The translations under genes were made by a program, and so were the position numbers. DNA of 59,870 bases, counting the filler. It is 4 parts of 4 records of this genome, joined end to end, with 100 filler letters (N's around TTAATTAATTAA, not from the genome) between each part and the next. Parts side by side here need not be neighbours in the genome. Positions count along the whole stretch, not along the records: positions 1 to 9,238 come from SRR20825019_2599; positions 9,339 to 37,532 come from SRR20825019_2601; 2 more parts are not named here. One strand, written 5' to 3'. Below are positions 1 to 9,420 of the stretch, piece after piece. The first letter of the stretch is position 1. The number at the start of each line of letters is the position of its first letter. The notes beneath the pieces are model-generated. The model saw only the letters and a list, made by a program, of their open reading frames with translations, was not told where the DNA came from and did no database searches.

Positions 1-1
1 C

Positions 2-502
2 ATGGAGCCGGTGCTTTATTTCAAGGGCTTTCATGCGATCCAGACACATCGTCTGGCACACTGGCTCTGGAATAGCGGGCGTGAGGATTTTGCGCTGTAC
101 CTGCAAAGCCGCTCATCCAGCGTTTTCCAGACCGATATCAATCCGGCTGCGAAAATGGGCAAGGGGATTTTTCTTGACCATGCGACGGGTGTCGTCATCG
201 GGATGACGGCAACAGTCGGTGATGATGTTTCGATTCTTCAAGGGGTGACACTGGGCGGCACAGGCAAGGAAACCGGCGACCGCCATCCGAAAATCGGTCA
301 CAGTGTTCTGATCGGTGCAGGTGCCAAGGTGCTGGGCAATATCGAAATCGGTCATTGCTCGCGCATTGCAGCCGGGTCGGTCGTGCTGAAGCCGGTACCG
401 GCCAACAGCACCGTTGCCGGGGTGCCGGCCAAGGTGATCGGTACGGCCGGTTGCTCGGATCCGGCGCGGTCAATGGATCAGCTCATTATTTCGGATGGCT
501 GA
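2..502 (+). CDS. cysE: Serine O-acetyltransferase (5'-truncated by window edge)
   Basis: GIFLDHATGVVIG, LGGTGKETGDRHPKIG and hexapeptide repeats (IGAGAKVLG, IAAGSVV, VAGVPA). Confidence 0.96.
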   Translation: MEPVLYFKGFHAIQTHRLAHWLWNSGREDFALYLQSRSSSVFQTDINPAAKMGKGIFLDHATGVVIGMTATVGDDVSILQGVTLGGTGKETGDRHPKIGHSVLIGAGAKVLGNIEIGHCSRIAAGSVVLKPVPANSTVAGVPAKVIGTAGCSDPARSMDQLIISDG

Positions 503-511
503 TCTGAACAC

Positions 512-620
512 CTAACGCATCGGCCCGAAAATCGGAATCGCTTTTCGGAAAGAACGATGCATAGATTCAATAGGTTAGAGCGTCCTTGGTGCGCTAAAAC
601 GGACGCACCAAGGACGCTCA
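512..620. repeat. Intergenic double-hairpin palindromic element (RIME/BRU-RS-like rhizobial repeat)
   Basis: Hairpin 1: GCATCG..CCGAAAA/TTTTCGG..CGATGC (517-560). Hairpin 2: perfect 16-bp stem GAGCGTCCTTGGTGCG (578-593) / CGCACCAAGGACGCTC (604-619). Family assignment is from recalled similarity. Confidence 0.7.
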
Positions 621-728
621 AGAACACTGAAATCCCGGTTCGTGGAGGAAAATCACTGCCGGGGTTTGCATCGTTGTGCCTTGCATGGCAAAAGCGCACC
701 AACCGACAGATCAAACGGAGTTTGCACC

Positions 729-938
729 TTGAAGCCTGACGAAATCAAAAAGCTAGACGCCTATTTCAAGCGCATGTTCGGTCCGGCCTTTGCTGTTAAG
801 GCACGTCCGCGCAAAGATGATTCCTGCGAAGTCTATCGCGAAGACGAGTTCATCGGGGTTGTATATCTCGACGATGAGGATGGCGACCGGTCCTTCAACT
901 TCTCCATGGCTATCCTGGATGTTGATCTCGACGGTTGA
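729..938 (+). CDS. DUF3126 family protein
   Basis: TTG start at 729 after GGAG; KPDEIKKLDAYFKR...VKARPRKDDS...FNFSMAILDVDL; usual position downstream of cysE in Rhizobiales. Confidence 0.85.
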   Translation: MKPDEIKKLDAYFKRMFGPAFAVKARPRKDDSCEVYREDEFIGVVYLDDEDGDRSFNFSMAILDVDLDG

Positions 939-1035
939 TCCGTCCGCACAGCCTTTCGATCAAGGATAACAGCGCCGGGTGATCTCTCAAGATCATCCGG
1001 CGTTCTGCTGTCTGCTGCCGCTTTTGATGGGCAGG

Positions 1036-1070
1036 TAAAAAAGAGGCCAACCTGCCCGGCAGGTTGGCCT
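1036..1070 (-). terminator. Rho-independent terminator, minus-strand orientation
   Basis: 12-bp perfect stem AGGCCAACCTGC (1044-1055) / GCAGGTTGGCCT (1059-1070), followed on the minus strand by CTTTTTT. Confidence 0.7.
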
Positions 1071-1329
1071 GAAAATAAATTATTTAATAACAATAGGTTA
1101 TTGAATAAGCCTTCAATAAAAGCAGCAGAAAAAGATTGGGCGAATAGCAAAAGCTGATCCAAAATACGAGGACGCGGATATCTTGAACTGAAAAAACGCA
1201 TCCCCGGCTGCCCGCGATCACTGATAGTACGGGAAGGTAACGTTTTCATGACGTTTCGGGCTTGTTTTCTTTCGATTTAGCATTTTCTATGTGCGTTCTG
1301 CATATTTCATCCAAGCGCATCAAAGGTCG

Positions 1330-2157
1330 ATGTCAATGCCGCCAGTTTCCGAAATTCTGCAACTCGTTGTTCTTCTGATTCTGGCAGGTGGTGTTGCCGG
1401 GTTTCTGGCCGGTTTGTTTGGCATTGGTGGGGGGGCAGTGCTGGTGCCGGTGTTCTATCAGGCATTTGCGCTGGCAGGTGTCGATGAAGCCGTGCGAATG
1501 CAGCTTTGCGTCGGCACTTCGCTTGCCATTATCGTGCCGACTTCATTGAGGTCGTTTCAGGCGCATTACAAGCGTGGCGCTGTCGATATGAGCTTGTTGC
1601 GCCGGTGGATTGTTGCCGTGCCGCTGGGTGCGGTTCTCTCGACATTCGTGATCGCCTATTCTCCGGCAGACGTGTTGAAGGCAGCTTTTGCTGTCATCAC
1701 GCTTCTGATCGGCCTGAAGATGCTTTACCGTAAATCATCCGAATGGCGTCTTGGCGATGATCTTCCGAAGAACCCGGTGCTGTTCGGCTGCGGTTCGCTG
1801 ATCGGTCTTCTTTCGGGCCTGATTGGTATTGGCGGCGGCACACTGAACAATACATTCATGACGCTCTACAACAGACCCATGCATCAGGCCGTAGCCACGT
1901 CCTCCGGGGTTGGTATCCTGATCGCTCTGCCGACCATTGTCGGTAATGTCTGGGGAGGCTGGGGCAGGGCAGGTCTGCCGCCGCTTTCGACAGGTTTTAT
2001 CAACTGGGCCGCTGTGCTGTTGATCATTCCGATCACCATGCTGGTTGCTCCCGTTGGGGCCAGAGCGGCGCATGCGCTCACCAATCGCCAATTGAGCGTT
2101 CTGTTCGGTCTGTTTCTGCTGGTGATTTCTGCGCGCTTTTTCTATTCCCTGATGTGA
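1330..2157 (+). CDS. Sulfite exporter TauE/SafE (TSUP) family membrane protein
   Basis: Duplicated GLFGIGGG / GLIGIGGG motifs, AVATS and multiple TM helices; start is 1330 or 1336 (ORF open from 1291). Confidence 0.9.
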   Translation: MSMPPVSEILQLVVLLILAGGVAGFLAGLFGIGGGAVLVPVFYQAFALAGVDEAVRMQLCVGTSLAIIVPTSLRSFQAHYKRGAVDMSLLRRWIVAVPLGAVLSTFVIAYSPADVLKAAFAVITLLIGLKMLYRKSSEWRLGDDLPKNPVLFGCGSLIGLLSGLIGIGGGTLNNTFMTLYNRPMHQAVATSSGVGILIALPTIVGNVWGGWGRAGLPPLSTGFINWAAVLLIIPITMLVAPVGARAAHALTNRQLSVLFGLFLLVISARFFYSLM

Positions 2158-2224
2158 ACTCTGGATCTGAAGTTTATCTCACGGCTCAAAGCGGTCGTGA
2201 TGCGCTTCAGATCCAGAAATCAGT

Positions 2225-2671
2225 TTAGCTTTTGCTGTTCCATGATCTCGTCTGATCGCCTTCTGTGCTCGCAGCATTCCAATGCGATTTTCCGAAGGAA
2301 GAACTGGACGCTGCAGAGTTCCACGAGGACTTTTGATCCGATGATGTCGTCGCGCTTGAGTTCCAGTGTGACTTTTGGCCCGAGGAACTGGTTGTCGCGG
2401 TTGACGTGTTGGCATCGGTTGAGGGTGGCTTGCGTAGTGTCGCCATGAGCTTCTCGTCTGGCGGTGCGTTGAGGAGTGCTGTGAGTGTTGGATTTCTCTC
2501 AACCGAGTTCGGGTTAGGGCTGCGGGGCGCCGCCGGACTGCCCAGGTCAAGTACAGGGGTGTTCAGGTCACTGCTGCGTGAAGGCGGGCGGTTGCTTGTA
2601 CTCGGCGAGGTTGGTGGTTCTGGCTGAAGTTCCCAGAAGTTCGGACTATCTGAACGTATTGTAGGGATCAT
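2225..2671 (-). CDS. Orphan Ser/Pro/Thr-rich protein with four C-terminal 13-14-aa repeats
   Basis: ATG preceded by AGGAAAA and an AT-rich upstream region; fills the gap between two recognisable genes; repeats end in KSHWN/KSSWN/KSHWN/TRSWN. Confidence 0.55.
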   Translation of the reverse strand: MIPTIRSDSPNFWELQPEPPTSPSTSNRPPSRSSDLNTPVLDLGSPAAPRSPNPNSVERNPTLTALLNAPPDEKLMATLRKPPSTDANTSTATTSSSGQKSHWNSSATTSSDQKSSWNSAASSSSFGKSHWNAASTEGDQTRSWNSKS

Positions 2672-2779
2672 AATATTTTCCTGTTTATTGACTTTAAGGA
2701 AAATGATTTGCTTTTAAATTCGGAATAATAAAATCAATATTTACAATAATATTGCTTCAGCATGATGGTGTGTGTTTTT

Positions 2780-3481
2780 TTATTCCGTCAGACGCAATTC
2801 ATCCGCGCGTATATCGACGACGGAAAGCGTTGACAGGAAACTCATGCCCAGCAAACTTTCGGATAGTCTACCCTCGCTGGCCACCATAGCGGGAATGTTG
2901 CGCCTGGTGATGGAACCGATCGTGACTTCATCCAGCCTCACCGGAGCGGCCATGGCCGTGCCGTTGGCTGTCTGTACCATCATCGTATAGCTGAGTGTAT
3001 CCGCGGCGATGCCTGCCTTTCGGGCATCGTTCTCCGTCAGCGTGATTCGGCTTGCACCGGTATCGACCATCATCGGCAGGTCGGTTCCGTTGACCTTGGC
3101 AGTCACTGCGAAGTGTCCATCGCGACGCTTGCCTATGATCACTTGCTGGCGGCCGTCAGCTGCTGATGTCGTTACTGCCATGCCCGGCACAAGGCCACCC
3201 AGAATACGTGTTCCAAAATCGTGGAAATCATGCCGGAAAATATATCCCATGGCGACGATCAGAAGGACAGCAGCCCAGATAAGCAGATTCTTGAACATTT
3301 CGCCCATATCGCGGCGGCTTTGCAGAAAACCGGCTGAAAACAAAAGCAGAATTGGCACCAGCCAGAGGCCCTCTGCAAAGTCGTTGCTGTCAACGCCAAG
3401 CGTGGTGCCATCGCCGCCGGTGATCATCAGCAGGATCGTGCCAATGGCTACGATGGCGATCAGAATCCAGAAAAGGCGCAC
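2780..3481 (-). CDS. Clan AA (retropepsin-like) aspartic protease, TIGR02281 type
   Basis: N-terminal TM helices, DGHF, MVDTGAS catalytic motif, TANG, SLLGMSFL. Confidence 0.92.
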   Translation of the reverse strand: MRLFWILIAIVAIGTILLMITGGDGTTLGVDSNDFAEGLWLVPILLLFSAGFLQSRRDMGEMFKNLLIWAAVLLIVAMGYIFRHDFHDFGTRILGGLVPGMAVTTSAADGRQQVIIGKRRDGHFAVTAKVNGTDLPMMVDTGASRITLTENDARKAGIAADTLSYTMMVQTANGTAMAAPVRLDEVTIGSITRRNIPAMVASEGRLSESLLGMSFLSTLSVVDIRADELRLTE

Positions 3482-3532
3482 AGCCGATCTCCCATTTTTT
3501 CTGGTGTTTTTGCTCCTGGGGAGTATCGGTGT

Positions 3533-4309
3533 TCAGATGGAAATGGCAAGGGTGACAAGAAAGACGGTCTCGCCAAGCTGAGCTGTTGCGCCGAGTGTAT
3601 CGCCTGTATGCCCGGCGATCCGGCGGCGCGTAAATCGCGTGAAAGAAAATGCTGCAAGTCCGGCAGTAAATGCTGCGAAAATAACCGCTACCGGATTCGA
3701 AGATATAGCTGTCAGAATAGCCAGAAAGGGCAGGGCTGCTGCACAACCGGTCATGACGTTCTTATCTGAGGGTTGGCCCAGAGTGGCGGCGGCGCCGTTG
3801 TTTTTTGCCGGCCCCAGTGCTCGCCAGTGGAGGAGCATGACGGCGCGCCCGGCGGCGGCGGCTGTGACAAGCGCGCAGGCAGCAAACGCTGCTCCCGCAC
3901 TGGCCGTTCCAGCTAAGGCTGAGGCTCGAAGGCCGATCGAGAAGATCAATGCCAGAGCGCCATAGGTGCCGATGCGGCTGTCTTTCATGATCATATGCAC
4001 GTCTTCTACCGTTTTGCCGCCGAACAGGCCGTCGGCGCAATCGGCCAGGCCGTCTTCATGCAATGCGCCGGTGACCAGAATATATAGGCTGAGGGCCAGC
4101 AGGGCGGCCAGGCTGCCATGGCCGGAAATTGAGAAAATTACAGCGAAAAGTATAGCTGCGGGCAGGGCCGCAAATGCGCCTGCAAGCGGATAGGCCCACG
4201 CCGCCGCTGCACCTGCCGGCTCTTTTGCAAAAAAGTGTGCTGGCACCGGTAAACGTGTCAGAAAGCCGACAGCTTCTGCCAGATCGGAAATGGTGCGAGT
4301 TTTTTTCAT
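3533..4309 (-). CDS. cobS: Adenosylcobinamide-GDP ribazoletransferase (cobalamin synthase)
   Basis: FLTRLPV, TGALHEDGLADCADG, MKDSRIGTYG, GHTGDTLGA; divergent from cobT. Confidence 0.95.
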   Translation of the reverse strand: MKKTRTISDLAEAVGFLTRLPVPAHFFAKEPAGAAAAWAYPLAGAFAALPAAILFAVIFSISGHGSLAALLALSLYILVTGALHEDGLADCADGLFGGKTVEDVHMIMKDSRIGTYGALALIFSIGLRASALAGTASAGAAFAACALVTAAAAGRAVMLLHWRALGPAKNNGAAATLGQPSDKNVMTGCAAALPFLAILTAISSNPVAVIFAAFTAGLAAFSFTRFTRRRIAGHTGDTLGATAQLGETVFLVTLAISI

Positions 4310-4448
4310 GGATGACTTGCCTTCACGACGCAGCATTTTTTCGGCTTTGTGTTGAGAACCGGCTTATTGCAATTTATGAAACCTATCAAATTCATTCCCG
4401 GCGGGAACCTTTGGCTTCCGCCGCGCCTTCACTGAGGATCATCCTGCC

Positions 4449-5468
4449 ATGACTGAAAACGGCCAGCCATTTGACGATTTCCGTGCGTTGATCGATGCGC
4501 TTCCCGGCGCAGACACGCCTGCACTTTCAGCAGCACGCAAGCGCAACAGCCTGCTCACCAAGCCTGAAGGTTCCCTTGGCCGGCTTGAGGAGATCGCGAT
4601 GTGGCTGGCGGCATGGAGCGGCCGTGCGCCTGCCGTCAACCGGCCGATGGTCGCTGTTTTTGCAGGCAATCATGGCATTGCGGCCCGGGACGTTTCGCCG
4701 TATCCGGCAACGGTAACGCAGCAAATGGTGGAGAATTTTGCGGCAGGCGGTGCGGCCATTAATCAGATCTGTGCCAATGTTGATCTCAGTCTCAAGATTT
4801 TCGATCTGGCTTTGGACTATCCAACAGGCGATATCACCTCAGAACCGGCATTGTCCGAGCGCGATTGCGCTGCGACCATGGCTTACGGCATGGAATCGGT
4901 GGCCGGTGGCGTTGATCTGCTGTGTCTTGGTGAAATGGGTATCGGCAACACCACCGTTGCCGCGGCCATTTGCTACGGCCTTTATGGTGGTTCTGCGGCT
5001 GATTGGGTCGGTCCGGGGACCGGTGCGGAGGGTGAAATGCTGGAGCGCAAGATCGCTGCGGTTGAAGAGGCTGTTGCTTTTCACAAGGATCATCTTTCCG
5101 ATCCGCTGGAACTTTTGCGCCGTCTTGGCGGGCGGGAGTTTGCCGCAATTGCCGGTGCCATCATTGCCGCACGTATGCAGAAGGTGCCTGTGCTTCTGGA
5201 TGGCTACGTGGTGACGGCGGCAGCGGCTGTGCTGAAGGCGGCAAACCCTGCAGCGCTGGATCATTGCCTGATCGGTCATGTTTCGGCTGAGCCGGGCCAC
5301 CTGAAGCTGGTTCAGAAGCTTGGCAAGACGCCTCTTCTGGCGCTTGGTATGCGGCTTGGCGAAGGCACCGGTGCCGCACTTGCGGCGAGCCTGGTGAAGT
5401 CTGCTGCCGCCTGCCATACCGGTATGGCAACATTTGAGGAGGCGGGTGTTTCAAACCGCAGTTCCTAA
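4449..5468 (+). CDS. cobT: Nicotinate-nucleotide-dimethylbenzimidazole phosphoribosyltransferase
   Basis: LTKPEGSLGRLE, GEMGIGNTT, MRLGEGTGA, MATFEEAGV. Confidence 0.96.
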   Translation: MTENGQPFDDFRALIDALPGADTPALSAARKRNSLLTKPEGSLGRLEEIAMWLAAWSGRAPAVNRPMVAVFAGNHGIAARDVSPYPATVTQQMVENFAAGGAAINQICANVDLSLKIFDLALDYPTGDITSEPALSERDCAATMAYGMESVAGGVDLLCLGEMGIGNTTVAAAICYGLYGGSAADWVGPGTGAEGEMLERKIAAVEEAVAFHKDHLSDPLELLRRLGGREFAAIAGAIIAARMQKVPVLLDGYVVTAAAAVLKAANPAALDHCLIGHVSAEPGHLKLVQKLGKTPLLALGMRLGEGTGAALAASLVKSAAACHTGMATFEEAGVSNRSS

Positions 5469-5605
5469 AGTAAAATCAAAATCCTATCGTGTCTTAGAAG
5501 TGTCACGCATACGTGGCAGATTGCATCGAATTTGTGCCGCCGGAAGTGGCGGCACATCTGTATTTGACAAGCGTTTCAGCATCATGATTGTCGAGAGGAA
5601 ACGAA

Positions 5606-5974
5606 ATGGCGCACGGTCCCGTCAACAAGGAAAAAGGCGTTCGTCATCTCGTTGCTGCAAGCCGGTATTCCTTTCAGGGGTTCGCCCGATTGCTTCGGGA
5701 AGAGGCATTTCGTCATGAATTGCTGGGCTTTGCAATCGGCCTGATCGTGTTCTTCCTTGCCGGGGCTTCTGCCACACAGTTCATGGTGTTCATCATTTTG
5801 ATGTTGGCGCTCTTTGCTGCCGAAGCACTGAATACTGCGGTTGAGGAAATCGTTGACCGTGTTTCGCCGGAACGCTCCGTGGAGGGCAAACACGCCAAGG
5901 ATTTAGGCTCCTTCGCGACCTTTTGCCTGATCTGCTGCAACATCATTTACGCCATTGCCGTGGTGTTTTTCTGA
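5606..5974 (+). CDS. dgkA: Diacylglycerol kinase (prokaryotic)
   Basis: YSFQG, EEAFRHE, EALNTAVEEIVD, AKDLGS. Confidence 0.93.
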   Translation: MAHGPVNKEKGVRHLVAASRYSFQGFARLLREEAFRHELLGFAIGLIVFFLAGASATQFMVFIILMLALFAAEALNTAVEEIVDRVSPERSVEGKHAKDLGSFATFCLICCNIIYAIAVVFF

Positions 5975-5997
5975 GACATCATGGCGGTGGCCCTTCT

Positions 5998-6501
5998 TCA
6001 TGGGCGTGGATGCCGGTAAACCAGAGTGGCAGGTTCCGGACGGCGGGCATTGTCATCCCGTTTTGCACCAAGGCGCTCGGCCAGTTTGATCGAGCGGTGA
6101 TTTTCCGGGTCGATATAGCTGACCAGCGTTGAAAGGTTCAGTGCGGTGAACGCCCAGTCCCGCATGGCTGTCGCAGCTTCAAAGGCGTAACCTTTGCCCT
6201 CGACATGCGGATAGACAAGCCATCCTATTTCATGTTCGGGAAACATCGGCCCGGCATTGATAGCCACCTGTCCGAGGCTTTCGCCGCTGTCTTTCAGATC
6301 GAACATCAGCGCACCATGGCCGAACAGGTTCCATTGCGCGACATCATTGCAGAACATGCCCCATGCGTTTTGTCTGGAGTGAGGGCCACCCATGAAGCAG
6401 GCACGGTCCGATTCCATCAATGCACAGTAGTCCGGCCAATCCGCCATGGTTGCAGGGCGCAGATGCAGTCTTTCTGTTTCAATTTTTGGAATATCAGTCA
6501 T
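5998..6501 (-). CDS. GNAT N-acetyltransferase, RimJ/RimL type
   Basis: ETERLHLRP, EIGW, GKGYAFEAA, N..SIKLAERLG. Confidence 0.9.
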   Translation of the reverse strand: MTDIPKIETERLHLRPATMADWPDYCALMESDRACFMGGPHSRQNAWGMFCNDVAQWNLFGHGALMFDLKDSGESLGQVAINAGPMFPEHEIGWLVYPHVEGKGYAFEAATAMRDWAFTALNLSTLVSYIDPENHRSIKLAERLGAKRDDNARRPEPATLVYRHPRP

Positions 6502-6518
6502 TGCGTATCTCGCATCTA

Positions 6519-8318
6519 TCAGGCGGCATTGGCTGCTTTGGGCGAATGTCTTGCCGTTTCTGCATCAAGTGCGGCGATAATCTCTGCCTCCAGCACCATT
6601 TCAAGTTTTGGATCGGCAATGATGTGATCTTCATCCTCAGGGCTTGTATTGAAGAGGCTATGCCAGTGATCATCATTGGCGCTCGAATAATGGCATTGGG
6701 CAAGTTCAACGTTCAGATGCTCTTCAAGGCAAGCAAACCCGTTGTCCTCCTCGATCTCGTGCGCCTCGATTTCCATGCTGTCGGCCTCAAAGGGCAAGGT
6801 GCTGGCATGACGCACTGGCATTTGCAGTGTTGTTTCCCGATCTTCGATCCATTCCGAGGCAATGTTGGTTATGCGCTTCATCGGAAAACTCACAACGGCA
6901 AGTGTGCCGCTATGAGGAGCTGTTTCCAGCGTCAGTTCGGCGTCATGGGCCAGGGCAAGCTGGTTGACGATGGAAAGGCCAAGGCGGAATCCGTCGGTGC
7001 CGGTCGTATCGCTTCCGCGTCGGAATGCTGTGGTTGCAGTTTTCTTTGTTTCCTCATCCATGCCGCAGCCATAGTCGCGCACGCAGAGCAACTGGCCGCC
7101 TTGTTCTGTCCAGCCTGCTCCGATGACAATCTCGGAGTTGCTGGGGGAAAACTTGACCGCGTTGGAAATCAGATTGATCAGGATCTGTTTGAGCGCACGT
7201 TCATCTGCATGAAGCGGTTTCATGTTCTCATCTTCTTCAAGCAGGATCGTAATACCGCGCAGCTCTGCTTCTGGCCGAACCATCATGGCAGAAGCTCTGA
7301 CGATGTCTGCCAGAAAAACAGGCTTTTCCTGAAGGCGGTATCCGCCGGCCTCCAGGCGTGACAGATCCAGCACGCCCTCAATCATATCAAGCAGGTGGTG
7401 GCCTGATCTGTGAATATCTTCAGCGTAACTCAGATAATGCGGATTACCGACTGCTCCCATCATTTCGTCCTTCATGACCTCGGAGAAGCCGATGATGGCA
7501 TTCAGTGGTGTGCGCAGGTCATGCGACATCGCCGCCAGAAAAGCGGCTTTTGAGCGGTTGGCGCAAGCCGCCGCCGCTGTTGCGCTTTCGGCCTGTTCAA
7601 TGCTCAAGGCAAGGTCTTGATTGATCTCGTCCTTTTCGCTTTCTGCATTCTGAATTCGCCTGACGTGCTCATTCAGCTTAGCCTGCACGAAGGCGACAAG
7701 AAGCATGATCATGGCAAGGACGCTGGCAAAGGCGATATCAAAAGCTGTACGTTCGAGATAAGCCACCAGAGCGAAAGCGATCACCGCGGGTGCAAATATG
7801 TGAAATGTAGCGTGCCGGATAACTGTGGCGCCCAGCGCGAGCGACGTCAGTGCGACAATCACCATGGCCCCTTTGAAAAACGGAAAAGCTACGCCGGAGC
7901 AGGTGTCGCACTGAAACCACGCCAGAAGCGCCCATCCGCCTGCCGCGACCCACAGAGCGGCAGTGATGTGGATGGACCATTTTTCAAAACAGCGGTCATT
8001 CGAGCCTGACAGACGGGCCTTGCGGCAAATGATGAAGCCTGCTGCCGTCAAGGCAAGGGCGGTCAGCGCCCATAGCAGGATGGTAAGGTCGCGACCGAGA
8101 TAGAGAAGGCCAATTACCGTTACCGCGATAAGGCCGGCGATGACGGACATGTTTTTTTCTATTCCGAAAAACGCATCACTATAGTCGCAGCCACTGTTCT
8201 GAATGCCGCTTTCTCCTGACATGGTGTCACCGATGTCAGGTTTCGACGTCAAGAATCTGGACATTGCTTCAATCTGTGCCGTCATCGTTTCAAAGCGTTG
8301 CAGCATGGCCATCCCCAT
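6519..8318 (-). CDS. Membrane sensor histidine kinase, PleC/DivJ-like, with acidic C-terminal tail
   Basis: Several TM helices; H-box FLAAMSHDLRTPLNAIIGFSEVM; N-box QILINLISNAVKF; G1 DYGCGM. Confidence 0.9.
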   Translation of the reverse strand: MGMAMLQRFETMTAQIEAMSRFLTSKPDIGDTMSGESGIQNSGCDYSDAFFGIEKNMSVIAGLIAVTVIGLLYLGRDLTILLWALTALALTAAGFIICRKARLSGSNDRCFEKWSIHITAALWVAAGGWALLAWFQCDTCSGVAFPFFKGAMVIVALTSLALGATVIRHATFHIFAPAVIAFALVAYLERTAFDIAFASVLAMIMLLVAFVQAKLNEHVRRIQNAESEKDEINQDLALSIEQAESATAAAACANRSKAAFLAAMSHDLRTPLNAIIGFSEVMKDEMMGAVGNPHYLSYAEDIHRSGHHLLDMIEGVLDLSRLEAGGYRLQEKPVFLADIVRASAMMVRPEAELRGITILLEEDENMKPLHADERALKQILINLISNAVKFSPSNSEIVIGAGWTEQGGQLLCVRDYGCGMDEETKKTATTAFRRGSDTTGTDGFRLGLSIVNQLALAHDAELTLETAPHSGTLAVVSFPMKRITNIASEWIEDRETTLQMPVRHASTLPFEADSMEIEAHEIEEDNGFACLEEHLNVELAQCHYSSANDDHWHSLFNTSPEDEDHIIADPKLEMVLEAEIIAALDAETARHSPKAANAA

Positions 8319-8391
8319 CCTTCCGTGCTTTCTACCATAGGAACGAATTGTTAAGAAATGCTTCTCGTCAACGCTTTATTAGCTTTGTTTT

Positions 8392-8407
8392 TTAAGGCGG
8401 CGGTAAC
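8392..8407. promoter_or_regulatory. Candidate CtrA-binding box
   Basis: TTAA-GGCGGCG-GTAAC has one mismatch to TTAA-N7-TTAAC and lies upstream of the PleC/DivJ-like kinase. Confidence 0.4.
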
Positions 8408-8449
8408 GGTCTGGTATTTCGGTCCGCAATGCTGGGGTGTGGAGATCGC

Positions 8450-9082
8450 ATGTATAACGAAACTGATATTGAGTGTCTGGCCAGCGAAATCGCTGGGTGT
8501 CGCATCTGTCGTGACTGCCCGTCTGGCGGGCAAGAAAAGCGGTTACCGCATGAGCCGCGTCCTGTTGCGACACTGTCGTCCTCTGCCCGTATTCTGATCG
8601 CCGGGCAGGCACCGGGTTTAAGGGTTCATGAAACTGGTCTGCCGTTTAATGACCGCTCTGGCGACCGGCTGCGGGACTGGCTTGGAGTGGACCGTGCGGC
8701 CTTTTATGATGCGAATTGTTTTGCGATCCTGCCGATGGGGTTCTGTTTCCCCGGCTATAATGACAAGGGGCACGATCTGCCGCCGCGAAAAGAATGCGCA
8801 CCGCAATGGCGGGAAAGGGCGCTGGCGGCAATGCCACAGGTTCGGCTGGTTATTGCAATCGGTCAATATGCCCAGAAGTGGCATATCGGCGCCGGTTGCG
8901 AGAAGACACTGACCGAAACCGTGCGGCAGTGGCGCCGGTTTTACTTCACCAACGCCGCTGTAAGGATACTACCGCTTCCGCACCCCAGCTGGCGCAATAC
9001 CGGCTGGCTTAAGAAGAACCCCTGGTTTGAGAGTGAAGTCTTGCCGGTTCTGAAGCGCGCTGTTCAGGAGATGACAGGCTGA
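8450..9082 (+). CDS. Uracil-DNA glycosylase superfamily protein
   Basis: CRICRDC, GQAPG, PFNDRSGDRLRDWLG, MGFCFPG, DLPPRKEC, LPHPSWRN; ATG at 8450 after GGAG. Confidence 0.92.
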   Translation: MYNETDIECLASEIAGCRICRDCPSGGQEKRLPHEPRPVATLSSSARILIAGQAPGLRVHETGLPFNDRSGDRLRDWLGVDRAAFYDANCFAILPMGFCFPGYNDKGHDLPPRKECAPQWRERALAAMPQVRLVIAIGQYAQKWHIGAGCEKTLTETVRQWRRFYFTNAAVRILPLPHPSWRNTGWLKKNPWFESEVLPVLKRAVQEMTG

Positions 9083-9145
9083 GACGGGCTTTCAATCCTT
9101 ACCAAATCTGCTATGAAAAAGAATAAATTTTCATGGAGAGGTGAA

Positions 9146-9238
9146 ATGGATCGTCTGGACAGAAAAATTTTGCGCCTGTTGCAGGGCGATACTACGCTTG
9201 CTGTTGCTGATATCGGCAAGAAGGTCGGGCTTTCGACG
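9146..9238 (+). CDS. Lrp/AsnC family regulator (3'-truncated at contig end)
   Basis: MDRLDRKILRLLQGDTTLAVADIGKKVGLST after GGAGAGG; too short for the ORF track. Confidence 0.85.
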
Positions 9239-9338
9239 NNNNNNNNNNNNNNNNNNNNNNNNNNNNNNNNNNNNNNNNNNNNTTAATTAATTAANNNNNN
9301 NNNNNNNNNNNNNNNNNNNNNNNNNNNNNNNNNNNNNN
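9239..9338. other. Artificial contig linker
   Basis: 44 N + TTAATTAATTAA (stops in all six frames) + 44 N; identical at three places. Confidence 0.98.
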
Positions 9339-9420
9339 ACCCCCCCCCTCCCCCCCCCCCCCGGTAATCACAGTATATATTGGCACCTCGTCTAATAGCT
9401 AGCAGTAAATATAAGTGAAC

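Noticed and set aside
9339-9362. Poly-C run as a telomere
   Set aside because: It is a homopolymer with no periodic telomeric unit; more likely the edge of a GC island where assembly broke
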